Of a stretch of DNA of 64,000 nt, positions 1 to 12,007 are shown in pieces. A program made the translations under genes and the position numbers. Below the pieces are notes generated by a model. The model saw only the letters and a list, made by a program, of their open reading frames with translations, was not told the origin of the DNA and searched no databases. Source of the stretch: Laetmonice hystrix (lineage: Eukaryota); contig OZ249439.1 of assembly GCA_965235115.1 (NCBI GenBank), positions 7,440,001 through 7,504,000 on the forward strand, written 5' to 3'. How positions within the stretch are numbered: the first letter of the stretch is position 1; each line of letters begins with the position of its first letter.

Positions 1-739
1 CCTGGTCTGCAATAATCTTGTCGTGTGTCCGCTGTTCCTCATGTAGACGCGACATCTCCTCCTGTTGACGACGGACTTTCTTGGCTATTGTATCCAGGCG
101 TTCGTCGGGTGTCTTCCTGCCTCCGTCCCTCCCCTCCCCGTGAATGACGCTGTTGTCCTGGTCCACCGTCTCCCGTGACCCCGTGACCCTCGTGCCACCG
201 GAACTGCCCTCGCTTTCGCGACCGACGTCACCAACTCGCAGACGTTCGTACCGTAACTCGAGTCGCCGAACGCGCTCTAGGACGTTATCGATGCTGGACG
301 TCTTGTCCATCAGTGACTGGACAGTTTGAATGAACTGGTCCCGTTCCAGCAGCTGCTCCATGACCTGTTTGTAGAGTTTGAGCAGATCGGTGTGAAGACT
401 GTGCTGGATCTCCCTCCCACCATCCGTGAAGGCGATTTGGATTTTCTCGGTCCGTGGCACTAGGAATGTGGTCTTGGGGTTGGGCTTGCCGGACCCGCCG
501 TCTGGGCGATGGTCGGGGTTGCCACTGTACATGGTTTGACCAGGAACCATGCCGGCCTCAGTGTCAATCATAGCCGGGCTATCCTCCATTGCCCGCTCCG
601 AGTGGGAATCCCTGCCTGTGTGCACGGGGAGGCGGGCCCTTCTCAGCAGAGTCTTGGCTGTTGCTGGGAGGCAACATCTCGTGTAGATCTCAATTAACGC
701 CAGAAGCACCCCAAATGTTAGTCTTGTGGACTCCTTCAT
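1..739 (-). CDS. Secreted coiled-coil protein, 5' part of the coding exon (runs off the left edge; product unknown)
   Basis: Manual translation gives 246 open codons from ATG at 739: MKESTRLTFGVLLALIEIYTRCCLPATAKTLLRRAR...LLKLYKQVMEQLLERDQFIQTVQSLMDK...ERLDTIAKKVRRQQEEMSRLHEEQRTHDKIIADQ. It has a hydrophobic signal-like N-terminus, an RRAR furin-like site and heptad-rich segments. In-frame TGA stops lie just upstream of the ATG, with an acceptor (tttgcataatcacag) at 770-771. Absent from the ORF track, presumably because no stop lies in the window. Confidence 0.8.
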   Translation of the reverse strand, partial: MKESTRLTFGVLLALIEIYTRCCLPATAKTLLRRARLPVHTGRDSHSERAMEDSPAMIDTEAGMVPGQTMYSGNPDHRPDGGSGKPNPKTTFLVPRTEKIQIAFTDGGREIQHSLHTDLLKLYKQVMEQLLERDQFIQTVQSLMDKTSSIDNVLERVRRLELRYERLRVGDVGRESEGSSGGTRVTGSRETVDQDNSVIHGEGRDGGRKTPDERLDTIAKKVRRQQEEMSRLHEEQRTHDKIIADQ

Positions 740-1959
740 GTTTCAGTCGTATCAGGCAACAAGCAGTGGCTGTGATTATGCAAAGCAAATAATTGTTCAG
801 TCGAATTGTTACTCTAAGTTTCTAATTAAACTCCCTACCGTTAGAAATCCATATTTGTCGTAATAGGAATTAGCAAGTTGCAGCACATCAAATCAGGGCC
901 GAAGATTAGATGATGTAGTCAATAGTCGGCCATAACTACTGAAATGTGCTGAACCTTGGATAACCATTTCCAAATGTAATGTCCTTTTCCACGTTTGATG
1001 AGATCCAGGTCTGATCCCATGTGTGGGAACCCCGCAGACGATACTGGTCCAGGGCGTTCTGGTGGCGCCACGCTTGTCTTTTACAAATGTTGCCTTAGCG
1101 ACCGTGCAGGACTCTAATGGCTAAATGTTGTCCTATGCCCCAGAGACCTTTGTTTCGTTGATATCATCTTTCCGTTGAGGTAGTGACGCTTAGTCAACAC
1201 TTAGGCGGAAGCCATCTCTGCAGGGAAACTTCCGCCGGTCCTTCCGTTATGCTTGCCGACTCGTTCCATAGTTGGCCGTCAGGCGGTGAGTTAGATACAG
1301 CCAGTGCCGGGTCAGGAGCCTCGCACGACAGGTCAACAAGCTTCTACCCAGGTCAACAGGTCTGAGGTTACCAGCGCCATCGTCTGAAATTAGCACAAAC
1401 ATCATGATCACTCATACGAATAGTGTACTTGCGTCTCGCCAGGGGGAAAGCTAATGATGTTGTGCTGTAAGAAGATTGACCAGAGAAAGAGCATAGGGTA
1501 TTCATCAATCGATGACAAACTGGTAGGTCTTCAACTTATATTCTTAACGGGCGAACCAGAAAATACAGCTACACACTGAGAAACTAGGAAAAGATGATAT
1601 TATAATCAAATAACATTAAAAGTATTTTAAGTTTAATGACAACAGTCGTTCAAAAGTTGATAACATTTTCACATCTGTTTTTCTTTCCTTCTGCTTCTTT
1701 TACATGTTCTATTTTACCACCGTAATTGGTGTGGAGCTAGACCGGTGGCCGTTGCCTCTTGTAGCCGTCTGGATTGATCAAGTATATACCTATGATGTTG
1801 CTGTGTGTACCTGAAGGTGGTCGCAGTAAGGTGGTTATCGAGTGATGTTGCCATGAAGAGACCACGTAAATCTGGCTCGCTTGTTTAATATCGATATCGC
1901 TAAGGGCTAAAGGCTCGTTAGTCTTACCCAGCGACGCTGTCTTAGAGGCCGAAATGTTT

Positions 1960-3032
1960 GAGGAATATACTAAAGTAACAGCGACAGGTACCGTGTCCGA
2001 GAGGAATATACTAAAGTAACAGCGACAGGTACCGTGGTCGAGAGGAATATACTAAAGTAACAGCGACAGGTACCGTGGTGGAGAGAAATATACTAAAGTA
2101 ACAGCGACAGGTACCGGGTCCGAGAGGAATATACTAAAGTAACAGCGACAGGTACCGGGTCCGAGAGGAATATACTAAAGTAACAGCGACAGGTATACCG
2201 TGGTCGAGAGGAATATACTAAAGTAACAGCGACAGGTACCGTGGTCGAGAGGAATATACTAAAGTAACAGCGACAGGTACCGTGGTCGAGAGGAATATAC
2301 TAAAGTAACAGCGACAGGTACCGTGGTCGAGAGGAATGTACTAAAGTAACAGCGACAGGTACCGTGTCCGAGAGGAATATACTAAAGTAACAGCGACAGG
2401 TACCGGGGTCGAGAGGAATATACTAAAGTAACAGCGACAGGTACCGTGGCCGAGAGGAATATACTAAAGTAACAGCGACAGGTACCGTGGCCGAGAGGAA
2501 TATACTAAAGTAACAGCGACAGGTACCGTGGTCGAGAGGAATATACTAAAGTAACAGCGACAGGTACCGTGGTCGAGAGGAATATACTAAAGTAACAGCG
2601 ACAGGTACCGTGGCCGAGAGGAATATACTAAAGTAACAGCGACAGGTACCGTGGTCGAGAGGAATATACTAAAGTAACAGCGACAGGTACCCGGGCCGAG
2701 AGGAATATACTAAAGTAACAGCGACAGGTACCGTGTCCGAGAGGAATATACTAAAGTAACAGCGACAGGTACCGTGGTCGAGAGGAATATACTAAAGTAA
2801 CAGCGACAGGTATACCGTGTCCGAGAGGAATATACTAAAGTAACAGCGACAGGTACCGTGGTCGAGGGGAATATACTAAAGTAACAGCGACAGGTACCGT
2901 GGTCGAGAGGAATATACTAAAGTAACAGCGACAGGTACCGTGGTCGAGAGGAATATACTAAAGTAACAGCGACAGGTACCGGGGCCGAGAGGAATATACT
3001 AAAGTAACAGCGACAGGTATACCGTGGCCGAG
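1960..3032. repeat. 41-bp minisatellite, about 26 copies
   Basis: Unit gaggaatatactaaagtaacagcgacaggtaccgtggtcga; period 41 measured between 2221 and 2262. Confidence 0.97.
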
Positions 3033-4880
3033 ACTGCGTGATCCTCGAAGGCATATATTGTCAGGAACACCACCTGGTCTGGCGGTGTGATGTCCCCCAG
3101 TAAGTACAGAGTATAAGTGCTGGGGATATCGATGTACTTTAATGCATTCCGACGTAATACCCAGCGCGATGTTTTGGACCAGCGTGTGTATTACGTTATA
3201 TATGGCACAGTTTAACAAATCGTTTGGAAACCTCGTCGGATTAATGATTATGTGTCTGTAGACTGGCGCCAATATAAGCGTCAGTGCATGGAAAGAGCAC
3301 GCGGGTTGGGCACGCCACTGTACCAGTGTACGACACTGTAAGCCACTGTAGTACGTTGTATATCCTGTCCACACATCAGTACACACAGAGATTCAAATCC
3401 CATCTCAATCAGATTAATAATAGCCTTGATATACAATAGAAAGTACGTAGATCTAATATACCGACTCGAATGACGCGATGTGGACTCAGTCGCACCTTCG
3501 TCAAGGTCAGCACTAAGTAAGTGAATTTAATTCCTTGTTTCGATAAACTCCACATCATTACGTTATTTGATTGAGGTAATAGCCCCTGTGGAGAGACGAG
3601 GCACGAGGCCGAGTGGTACGGGCCGTGAGAGCGGCGGGGCCGGTAACGACGCCCACCCCGGCGGCAGTACCCCCTCCCTTACCGCCAACCGGCCGCCGGG
3701 CACTCCGCTATGGTCGCCTGTCAGTCATGCCAACATAACCCGGCTTTCACTGCTCAATGCCAATAACAGATTAACCAGGACATTTCTGGGCAAGTTCCAT
3801 GGTTAGTGAGAAAGATGTTACCTGCTTTATTTCATGGCTACAGGGTGAACTATTTGATGAACTCGGAGTAAAGACAGAAAGAGGATATTTTATTCTGTGA
3901 TACCTTTACTATAGACGACTATAGACGTGTCATACAGGTGTGTCAGTGAGTTAAGGTTATATTAAGAAGGTTGTATGGGTGTATACGATTACTCACCAAC
4001 CCATAACTTAGATTGGCCGGGAGATACCATCACAGTATGGGTTGATGGCACGCAAGGTTCGACTCGAGTCATACACACGCTCTGTACGCCTATCTTTGTC
4101 TACTACTCACATGTCAAACAAAGTTTCCGAATTCACTCACTGCCTATAGCAACAGATATCAAACAACTTACATACAGAAGAAATCATCGAAAAACTTACC
4201 CAGAGCCGCGTGCTTCCTGTTCTCGCTGAGATGGACACCGCTCGGGTATGGGCCGGCGACAGGTCGTGTGTCCGTCGGTCTGTCCGTCATGCAGGCCGTT
4301 CGGCTTGGCAGGAGTTGCTGTCAGGCCAGACTTGGGTATAAGTCCCCACTGCCGGTCGTCTGCCACCGCCGCCACCCGCCGCCCGCTCCGACTGCTCCCC
4401 GACGCGATGCCAGTTGCACCTCGCTGGATTCGTCGTTACGCCACCTCCCAGCCGACCACCAGCGAACCCCACAACAAGAGCACAGGCAACGGAGAAGGTA
4501 CACTACCGTTACAACAGTAGTGGGAGCAGCTGTTCCTGCCAGGGCAACCAACGTGAGCAGATGGTAGTGGTAGTACAACTGTCGGAATTACTAAATCAAT
4601 TGCCTACGTTATGGCGCCTATGGCTGTGTGGTGGGTGCCTGCCTACCTTCCTACGGCGGTGGCCTCCACAGCCGAGGCTGAATCTCAGACACGCAATCTC
4701 ACTGAAGGGATAGATGGGTCAGACTGGTCAGATCATCTGAGGTCTACACCCTCCCCCCAAATCCTCCTTCATCTACCGCCTCGGGTAGAACAGGAAACAA
4801 TACAAGCGTATATATAGGGTGCCTGGTGAAGCGCCGGGTTTGTATATGAGGTTCTCTCTTTGTATTGAACATGTCCTTAA

Positions 4881-5400
4881 AGGGGCATATTATGAGGAAA
4901 CGTTGAAAAATCGGTATTTCAAAGAACTTTTGCTGTTTTCATAAAGAGATCCTTCATTAATATTGCTTGGTAAACAAAGACAGACTTATCAGTTTCATTT
5001 TGTGTGAGAAATTGAAGTTTATGAAGCTTCCTTGCCCGCTTTCGTAAAATATTTTTTAGGTGGCATTCTGATGCCGGACGATCGAGTGCAACTGCTGAAT
5101 TGTTTACAACTAAGCGAAGCACGTGACTAAGCACATGCAGAGAGTGCACACGCAGGATGTGACACAGTATGCAATTACACGGGTTAATGGGAGGTTGTCT
5201 ATAGCAAATTATGGCGGGAGATGTGCTATCGGGAGAAATCTATAGGTTTGGTCGTATAGAACCTACTTTTGCTGCATACGCAGCGAAAACACGTCGGAGG
5301 ACAAAATGCTGCTGTAGGATTATTTACTTAGTCCCCTAGTACACGGTCATGTTGGATAATCGCCGGAAATCCTCAAAAAGGTACATTTTAGTATGCCCCT
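4881..5400. mobile_element. Non-autonomous Kolobok-like DNA transposon (MITE, 520 bp)
   Basis: TTAA at 4877-4880 and 5401-5404 flanks inverted termini aggggcata / tatgcccct. A TTAA TSD with AG...CT ends is the Kolobok signature. Confidence 0.75.
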
Positions 5401-6389
5401 TTAATGGGGTTGTCCTCGGCCTAGCGCGCTTCTCCAAGAAGTCTATATGGACTTAGTTTGCTGCTTATACAAGATATGGTTAGGAGAAGGACGGATCAAA
5501 CAGCAGCGCGTGCTCTTCCCAAAACGACTCTGTCTGTATATGGTTTGGTTAAACCGTCGTGGGACCAGGTCTGAATTTATCACCATCAATGCTCTTGTTG
5601 CACGGCTTCGTTAAGAACTCTAGTCGACTGTCGGCCACTGACCACGACTGTAGAAGTGAGAGTTGCCGGGAGACAGCACCAGGCGCCAGTTGGGTGTTGT
5701 GTTGATGGCCTTGGGGAATAAAAGAACGGTGGACCTTGGCTAGAAGATTGAAGACGGGAGAAGGCGTGGTCAGCGGGATGGGTGAGGGGAGGGTGGGGGT
5801 TCCTGGAAGGCATGCTGTGACGTGGGGAGTGGTAGGATGGGTGGGGTTGGGGTGGGGTAAGGGTGGGTGGTGGACGATTGTTTCAAGAATTGCCCCAAAC
5901 GGAGCTGGTACCCCATCAATACAGAAACACCAGGCTTACAATGCCGGCGACCACCCTCCTGGGATGAACAGAACTAAGACCACAGCCAAGTTCAGCACCA
6001 GTCTCCGTGCTGTCTGGCAGTCGTTAGGTCAGAATGGCCTGGCCACCTACTGCTATTGACGACGAAAGTCGCAGGAGACAGAAAAAACTCGGCCTGTAGG
6101 AAGGTATGGAGCCAGGCAGGCGGCGACAGACAGGCCAACTAATTGCCAACTTAAAATGGTGACAGTCTCAGAACCACGTCCGATCCTTTACCAGATGTGT
6201 ACTGCCTGTCGTCCTGGGTCAGCTCAAGAGAAGAAGCGGTCTATTTTTACAAGTATAGATCTATGCTGTAATTCATCTTCCAATTATGCTCCAAAGGCAT
6301 CATGCGTCACCCTGTTAATGTTTAGAATGTTTCGAAGCTGAAATTAAACGGCACTTCATCCAGTGAAACTGAGCATGGGCCTATCAATC

Positions 6390-6550
6390 TAGGTAGGGAG
6401 GTAGGCAGGTATAGGTATAGGGAGGTGGGTGGGTAGGTAGATAGGTAGGTAGGTATAGGTAGGTAGGTAGGTGGGTAGGTAGGTAGGTAGGTAGGTAGGT
6501 AGGTGTAGGTAGGTAGGTATAGAGAGGTATAGGTTGGCAAGTTGGTAGGT
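6390..6550. repeat. (GGTA)n imperfect microsatellite
   Basis: Direct reading; explains the spurious PTY-rich ORF at 6322-6540. Confidence 0.95.
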
Positions 6551-9500
6551 ATGATAATACCAGACCAGACTTGGGTATAAGTCCGATTATATATTATAGA
6601 TTATATTGTGTAACGTACCCATAGGCCTACCTATGTGTGCGTTAGAGAACGGCAATGGTAGAGATCCGCAAAGGTGCATGAGGTGAGAATATATTTGACG
6701 ATAGGATTCCTCTGCAGTAGGTTCCATGGCCCTTAAATAATGCACTCCCTGAACATTATATTGGAGATTGATACAATAACATTATGAAGCGAGGCGAAAG
6801 GAATGGGCACGCGTCGTTTAAGGTGAACGTGGTGGGGTGGTGGCGCTGGAGCATTACAAACAGCGCCACCTGGTGTACACGAAAGGTACCATTCAACTAT
6901 GCTGACTCCTATAATACCATTTTCACGCCATCAATTTGATCAAGTTGATCTCCTTGTCCCAGAGGTCCCCTTGAGGCAGCTTATGCCTGGCCTAGTCTGA
7001 CCGAGTTAGATCAGTAAGGGAGGGTCAGATTCATCCGAAAATGTGGTATTTATGCAGCTTCTATAAAAAAAACCTGCATGTGATAATTTGGCTATGTTGT
7101 CCCATTACGCGATGAAAGCAACAACCCCGTTTTTCTTGCTTATAGATGTCACTTACCATCAACCACCAGGAAACGGGAGAATAGATCCAATAAACGACGT
7201 ATCCCACAAAGTAAGCCATATTTGAAGGTATTACTGAATGGAAGCTCTGCTGTACAGACTCTATAGTAATCTGATCTTGCCTTGCCTGACTACAGCTTTG
7301 GGTTCAGAGATTGAGGTCAGCAAACAAGGCTCCCATGAACGGTAACATCTTTGGTCACGACTAAATAGACAACAAACCATCCTGCGCAAAGATGTTGCGG
7401 CGTGTTTCAAAGGGTTGGAAACCCATAGAGGTAAAGTTCAGCTGCAGCTGTGGCCGTAGACATTGTGTGGTATTGAGAGGCAGTAGAGACTAGGAGAACT
7501 GCCCTGTTGAAAACACCCCCAAAATCAATATACATCAGTTCCCAGATAATGTTAAATTGAAGTCCACCGCACCGAGTGACTGGCATCTACCGGTGCAATG
7601 CCTGATTATGTTTCCCAGAACGCGCGAGTGTCAACATGGAGTTAACCTCACCTGTTCAATAAAATTAATTAAAGAAGGTGACGGCGGCATTTTTATCGGG
7701 TTTCCTCAGTATTTTGTACATATTTAATCCCTTTAAACCTTCCATCACAAATGATGTAAACTACTTTCTCACTATCTAGCGAAAGCATCATGACCTTTAA
7801 AGTACTCATACATGGTGGCCCCCACTGACATTACTCGATAACCATTCTCACGTTCGAGTCCTTTCGGCAATCTCCGGCCATCCATAGAAAGGACGCTCAC
7901 AGATTACATATCACTCACGACGCAAATGGGAACATCCGCGCCACCTCACTCGTCAGATTACTACACCAGTGACACAAAGTAGGCCTATAGTGCGTGCATG
8001 TCTGTAAGATAGTTGCTGTTATCGTAGAGGTGCGTCAAGCACTGATACTTCTCCATTTAAACTTACGCTGAGTGTTTGTCTTGGATTTACTGGTTCGACT
8101 GGTGTCACGGGGAAATCCGCCATAGCTTCTCAAAAGTACTAGGCCTAGTTCAGCAAGCGGTGTCCCCATTACCCATACGCCCCTGCGCCTTACCCAGGTT
8201 CCCATACGATATATATATGAGCGTTCATTTCAGCAAATGGGCGCGATCGTGAGCGTGATGGATAGCGTCAAGGGCGGAGAAATAAATGACTTCCGGTACA
8301 GATAAACCACATGCACAAATTATTGTTACATGTGTAAACGCGAAGTTTATTTTTAGCAATGACTCCCTTTAAGAATGCAATAGGGAACGAGCAGACATTG
8401 TCTGCCAGTCTCGCAGGACACAGCGTCGTTTTTCAGGGAAGATTTAAAAAATGCGGACAGAGAGTCATGTAGGCTGAATTTTAAATGACAATATGTCGTG
8501 ACGCCACATGCTGGTGTACTTACCCTGCATGCAGTTATCGCGGCCAGCTTTACCAGAATGGACATATATCTTTACTTCACCTCCCAATACAGACTGTAAA
8601 ACCAAATTTATAAGACCGCCTATATCGTACTTTATTTCCATATAAAATACGTCATGCCACCTTAATCTCAGCAGGGGGCCCGCGGGAGGGGAGTCCACCG
8701 TTTTCCGGAACCAGTCAAAGGTTTAGCCCCCCCCCCCCCCCCAACAACAAGAATGCCTTTACACATATTATTTAATAAAATGTACATTTTCCAGCCTTTA
8801 TTTTCAGTCTGATTTTTGGTAATTTTCTTGCCAAAACGGCAATAAAGCACTCCAATTTTTTTTTTTTTTGGGGGGGGGGGGGGCAAGCCCGGGCCCGCAG
8901 CCCCTTGCACGCCCATATTGGAAACCAGTCAAGAAACAGCTCTGGATCCGCCCGGCCTGCTAAGCACGATTTTTGCGTCATATATATAAAGCATGATCTG
9001 CTGAGTTGTTCAAGAGCTGGCGACCATACATTCTTGTTGTGTTTCACTGACTCAATCTGATCACACTTGCAGAAAGGTCTGTGGGGTCTGTGGGCCGGTG
9101 GTTTAATCAAGCGCAGATGGGTGTGACGGTAAATATTGTATGGGGCGACCCCTGTCGGGAGTAATGTACACAAGCCGCCCGGTAAATCTGACATCCTAAT
9201 GGCAACCAAGTCTGGCCCAGGCTCCACTCGCGTCACGTGGTCACTCTTGATCGTATTAGAGTAATTGAATATTATGTGATTTCCTCCTCAAATGCTTGAT
9301 GGACGAGCGTCTCATCATTTATTGTCCACTCAAGAACGCGCGTAAAGGGATAACCAGTTTTGGCGCGCAAAAGCAGACGACAGAATGAATACAGAACGCA
9401 GCGTGCACACCGCCTGCTGAACGCATCGATATTAATACAGGTTTTAATCCATTCTCTGTGGGAACACCACATTGTTAACCTTTTTCACGATATTGCAGTC

Positions 9501-11813
9501 TAGCTACAATAACTGACAAAATGTAGCGAGTTATTAAATAAAAGCATTGATTTCTTGAAATGTCTTCCGTCATCATTTGGCATCCTGGGTTGGGGAGGCC
9601 TGAGGCCGCTCTCAACCACCTCATCAGGTCTATATATCATAATGCGTTATCCACTTTACATTGATTAATGTTTATGCGTGTAACTCTTATAGGACCTTTA
9701 ACCTCTGCAAGTTTCTGAAACGTTCAAATGGATATCACGAGTACAGCCAACACGCCTGTCAGAAACTATAGGTATAGGCCAAATGACGGAACAGTGCCTT
9801 GCACTCCTAAAACTGACCGCCTTGATATGAGTCTGATTGTTGCGGAGGCGTAAAGCACCTATGCGAATCCAGACCCAAATTATTCACAACATTTTTTGGA
9901 GATTTCCGAACAATTAATGACTCCATACAAAACCGATCTCACAAAGTATTCAGGCACACACAGTCGAAGTAAACTTGTTCTTCTTTGGCTGATTCATTTT
10001 TCTCGCCTTTCTCTGGTGAAGTCACTTCTTCCTGCTTTTATCAGCCAAATGTAATTCAGTGTTTACACCTTATGGACCCCTCGCCATTATTGGGAGTTGG
10101 GCCTCCGTGCAAGCTAGCTGTCGCCTTCATTGGTGGTCCGGGTATGACCATATCACCTTCTCCTAGAGGATAGAGGATTATTAATCGAAATTTGGTACCT
10201 CGCAGTTATTTCGTGTGCTCGTCTCGACAAAATCGATTTGTGTATTCTTCAGAAAAGTCCGGGCCATCCGCAGGCCGGCAGCGGGGTACATTGGCTGATC
10301 TGTGATTATTGGCACCAGACGTCAGCCCCAAGTCATAGCGGTCCCCTCTCAGCGTCTGTTCATAGGGCCACCACGACGGCCCAGCCCCTGCACTGACCGC
10401 CTCCACAGTTTAATGGGCGCCCTTCAAGTGGCCCAAAAGACGTCGGGCCACGTTATTAAGTCATATTGATCCAGGCAGCCACTGGCGCAGACTTTGGTCA
10501 AGGGTCTTGACGCTGAAAGGCGTCTTTAGGAGAACGTGGGTCATTGGATTCCCAGTTTCCTGTAGTTGTAACAGGGTTTGGATTCGTTAAAAGGGCCACT
10601 CACTATACTAGCCAGCGGAAGTCTCAATCCATGCACGTCAGCAGACTCTTAGTCCTTTATTTGTCTGTCCTTTATTGGACTCAGGTGGCGTTTGTTTTAG
10701 AGACTTCTTTCCAAGTTAAGAGTTATTTAGCATATACGAAACACACGGTATGTTCTTCAAGAACAGGCCATTATAAGTGATATTGCGAACCCCAGTCATG
10801 GCGATAGTCTATGCAGGGTGCTTGGTAACCTTACGGCAGGTGGCCACTAACTACTAAATTAGGTGCAAGCTGGAGCCTGACAAGTTAACTAGATTTGTCA
10901 GGTTTACTCGAGAGAGAGGGCAGTATGCATTAAGTGGTGCTGGGTGCTGATAACCAGGCATGTCGCCTTCCCTCTGAGAGAGCGCCAAGTACGACCCATG
11001 TCGTGTGGTTCCCAAGTCAAGAGTTGTGGTCGTGGATTGGTGGTAATTTTACGTCTTGTCGGCAACTGTTGGCCATGCATCTTCAGTACAGGATCAAGTC
11101 ATTTTTTTATTTTTCTTCCCCATGGTGATTGACAAGATGATGCAGGGGAAACCCGAGCACCGGTCCAAAGCCCGATAAAGGCCAAGGGATCTTTTACGCG
11201 CAACACTGCAGGGACAGTGTTATACACGCCTTTGATTACCCAGGAGGCGACCGTGACAGCAGGGCAAACCCACGGAACGCTGAGTTAAACAAACCCTGTT
11301 CTCAAACCCACCGGGCCACCCACCCACCCACAAGTCAAAGGGACAAGGGCCTTCCCTCTCAGGACGTTCACAGACGCGCAAGAATTAAAATCTAAATATG
11401 ACAAAGAATCCTTGACACTGCAGGGGGTTCGGTGTACATAATCAAAGACTAGAACCAGTGCTGTCGCTGGCTTTCTGTGAACACAAAATCAATTGTTGTG
11501 CTACAGAGTTGGTTGGAGGAATTGAGCAAGGGCCTGCCACATAGGGCGGAAGTCAGGCGGGAGTGATTGTGTTGGGTGCCTGAGAGGACGTGGCGTCCTA
11601 CCGTCCCTGTGATAGAATCTGGCGGGAAGAACTCCGTAAATCCTGCATGACAAAACATGAGGATACTCCCTTTGAGGTGGGTGCCGGCCAGGGATGGACG
11701 TCACACGTCGCCTGTTTCATCAATGATCTTCTCAAACCAGCTTTGTGAAGTCAGGGTCACAAGGCTCACCCTCATTCCGCGTATTCCCCCATGATAACAT
11801 ACACACAAAACTC

Positions 11814-12007
11814 GGGGTGGAGGTTAGGGGTGGGGCAGGGATAGGGATAGGTTATGGTTGGGGCAGGGATAGGGATAGGGATAGGTTAGGGTTGGGGCAG
11901 GGATAGGGATAGGGATAGGTTAGGGTTGGGGCAGGGATAGGGATAGGTTAGGGTTTAGGCAGGGATAGGGATAGGGATAGGTTAGGGTTGGAGCAGGGAT
12001 AGGGATA
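11814..12007 (+). repeat. G-rich degenerate tandem repeat (ggttagggttggggcagggatagggata-like)
   Basis: Repeated GGG tracts with TTAGGG and GGGATA units. Confidence 0.85.

Noticed and set aside
1960-3032. CRISPR-like appearance of the 41-bp array
   Set aside because: There are no unique spacers (the variable part is under 10 bp and recurrent), no cas genes, and the context is eukaryotic.
2958-3386. 142-aa minus ORF
   Set aside because: Ends within the minisatellite; no domain or splice support.
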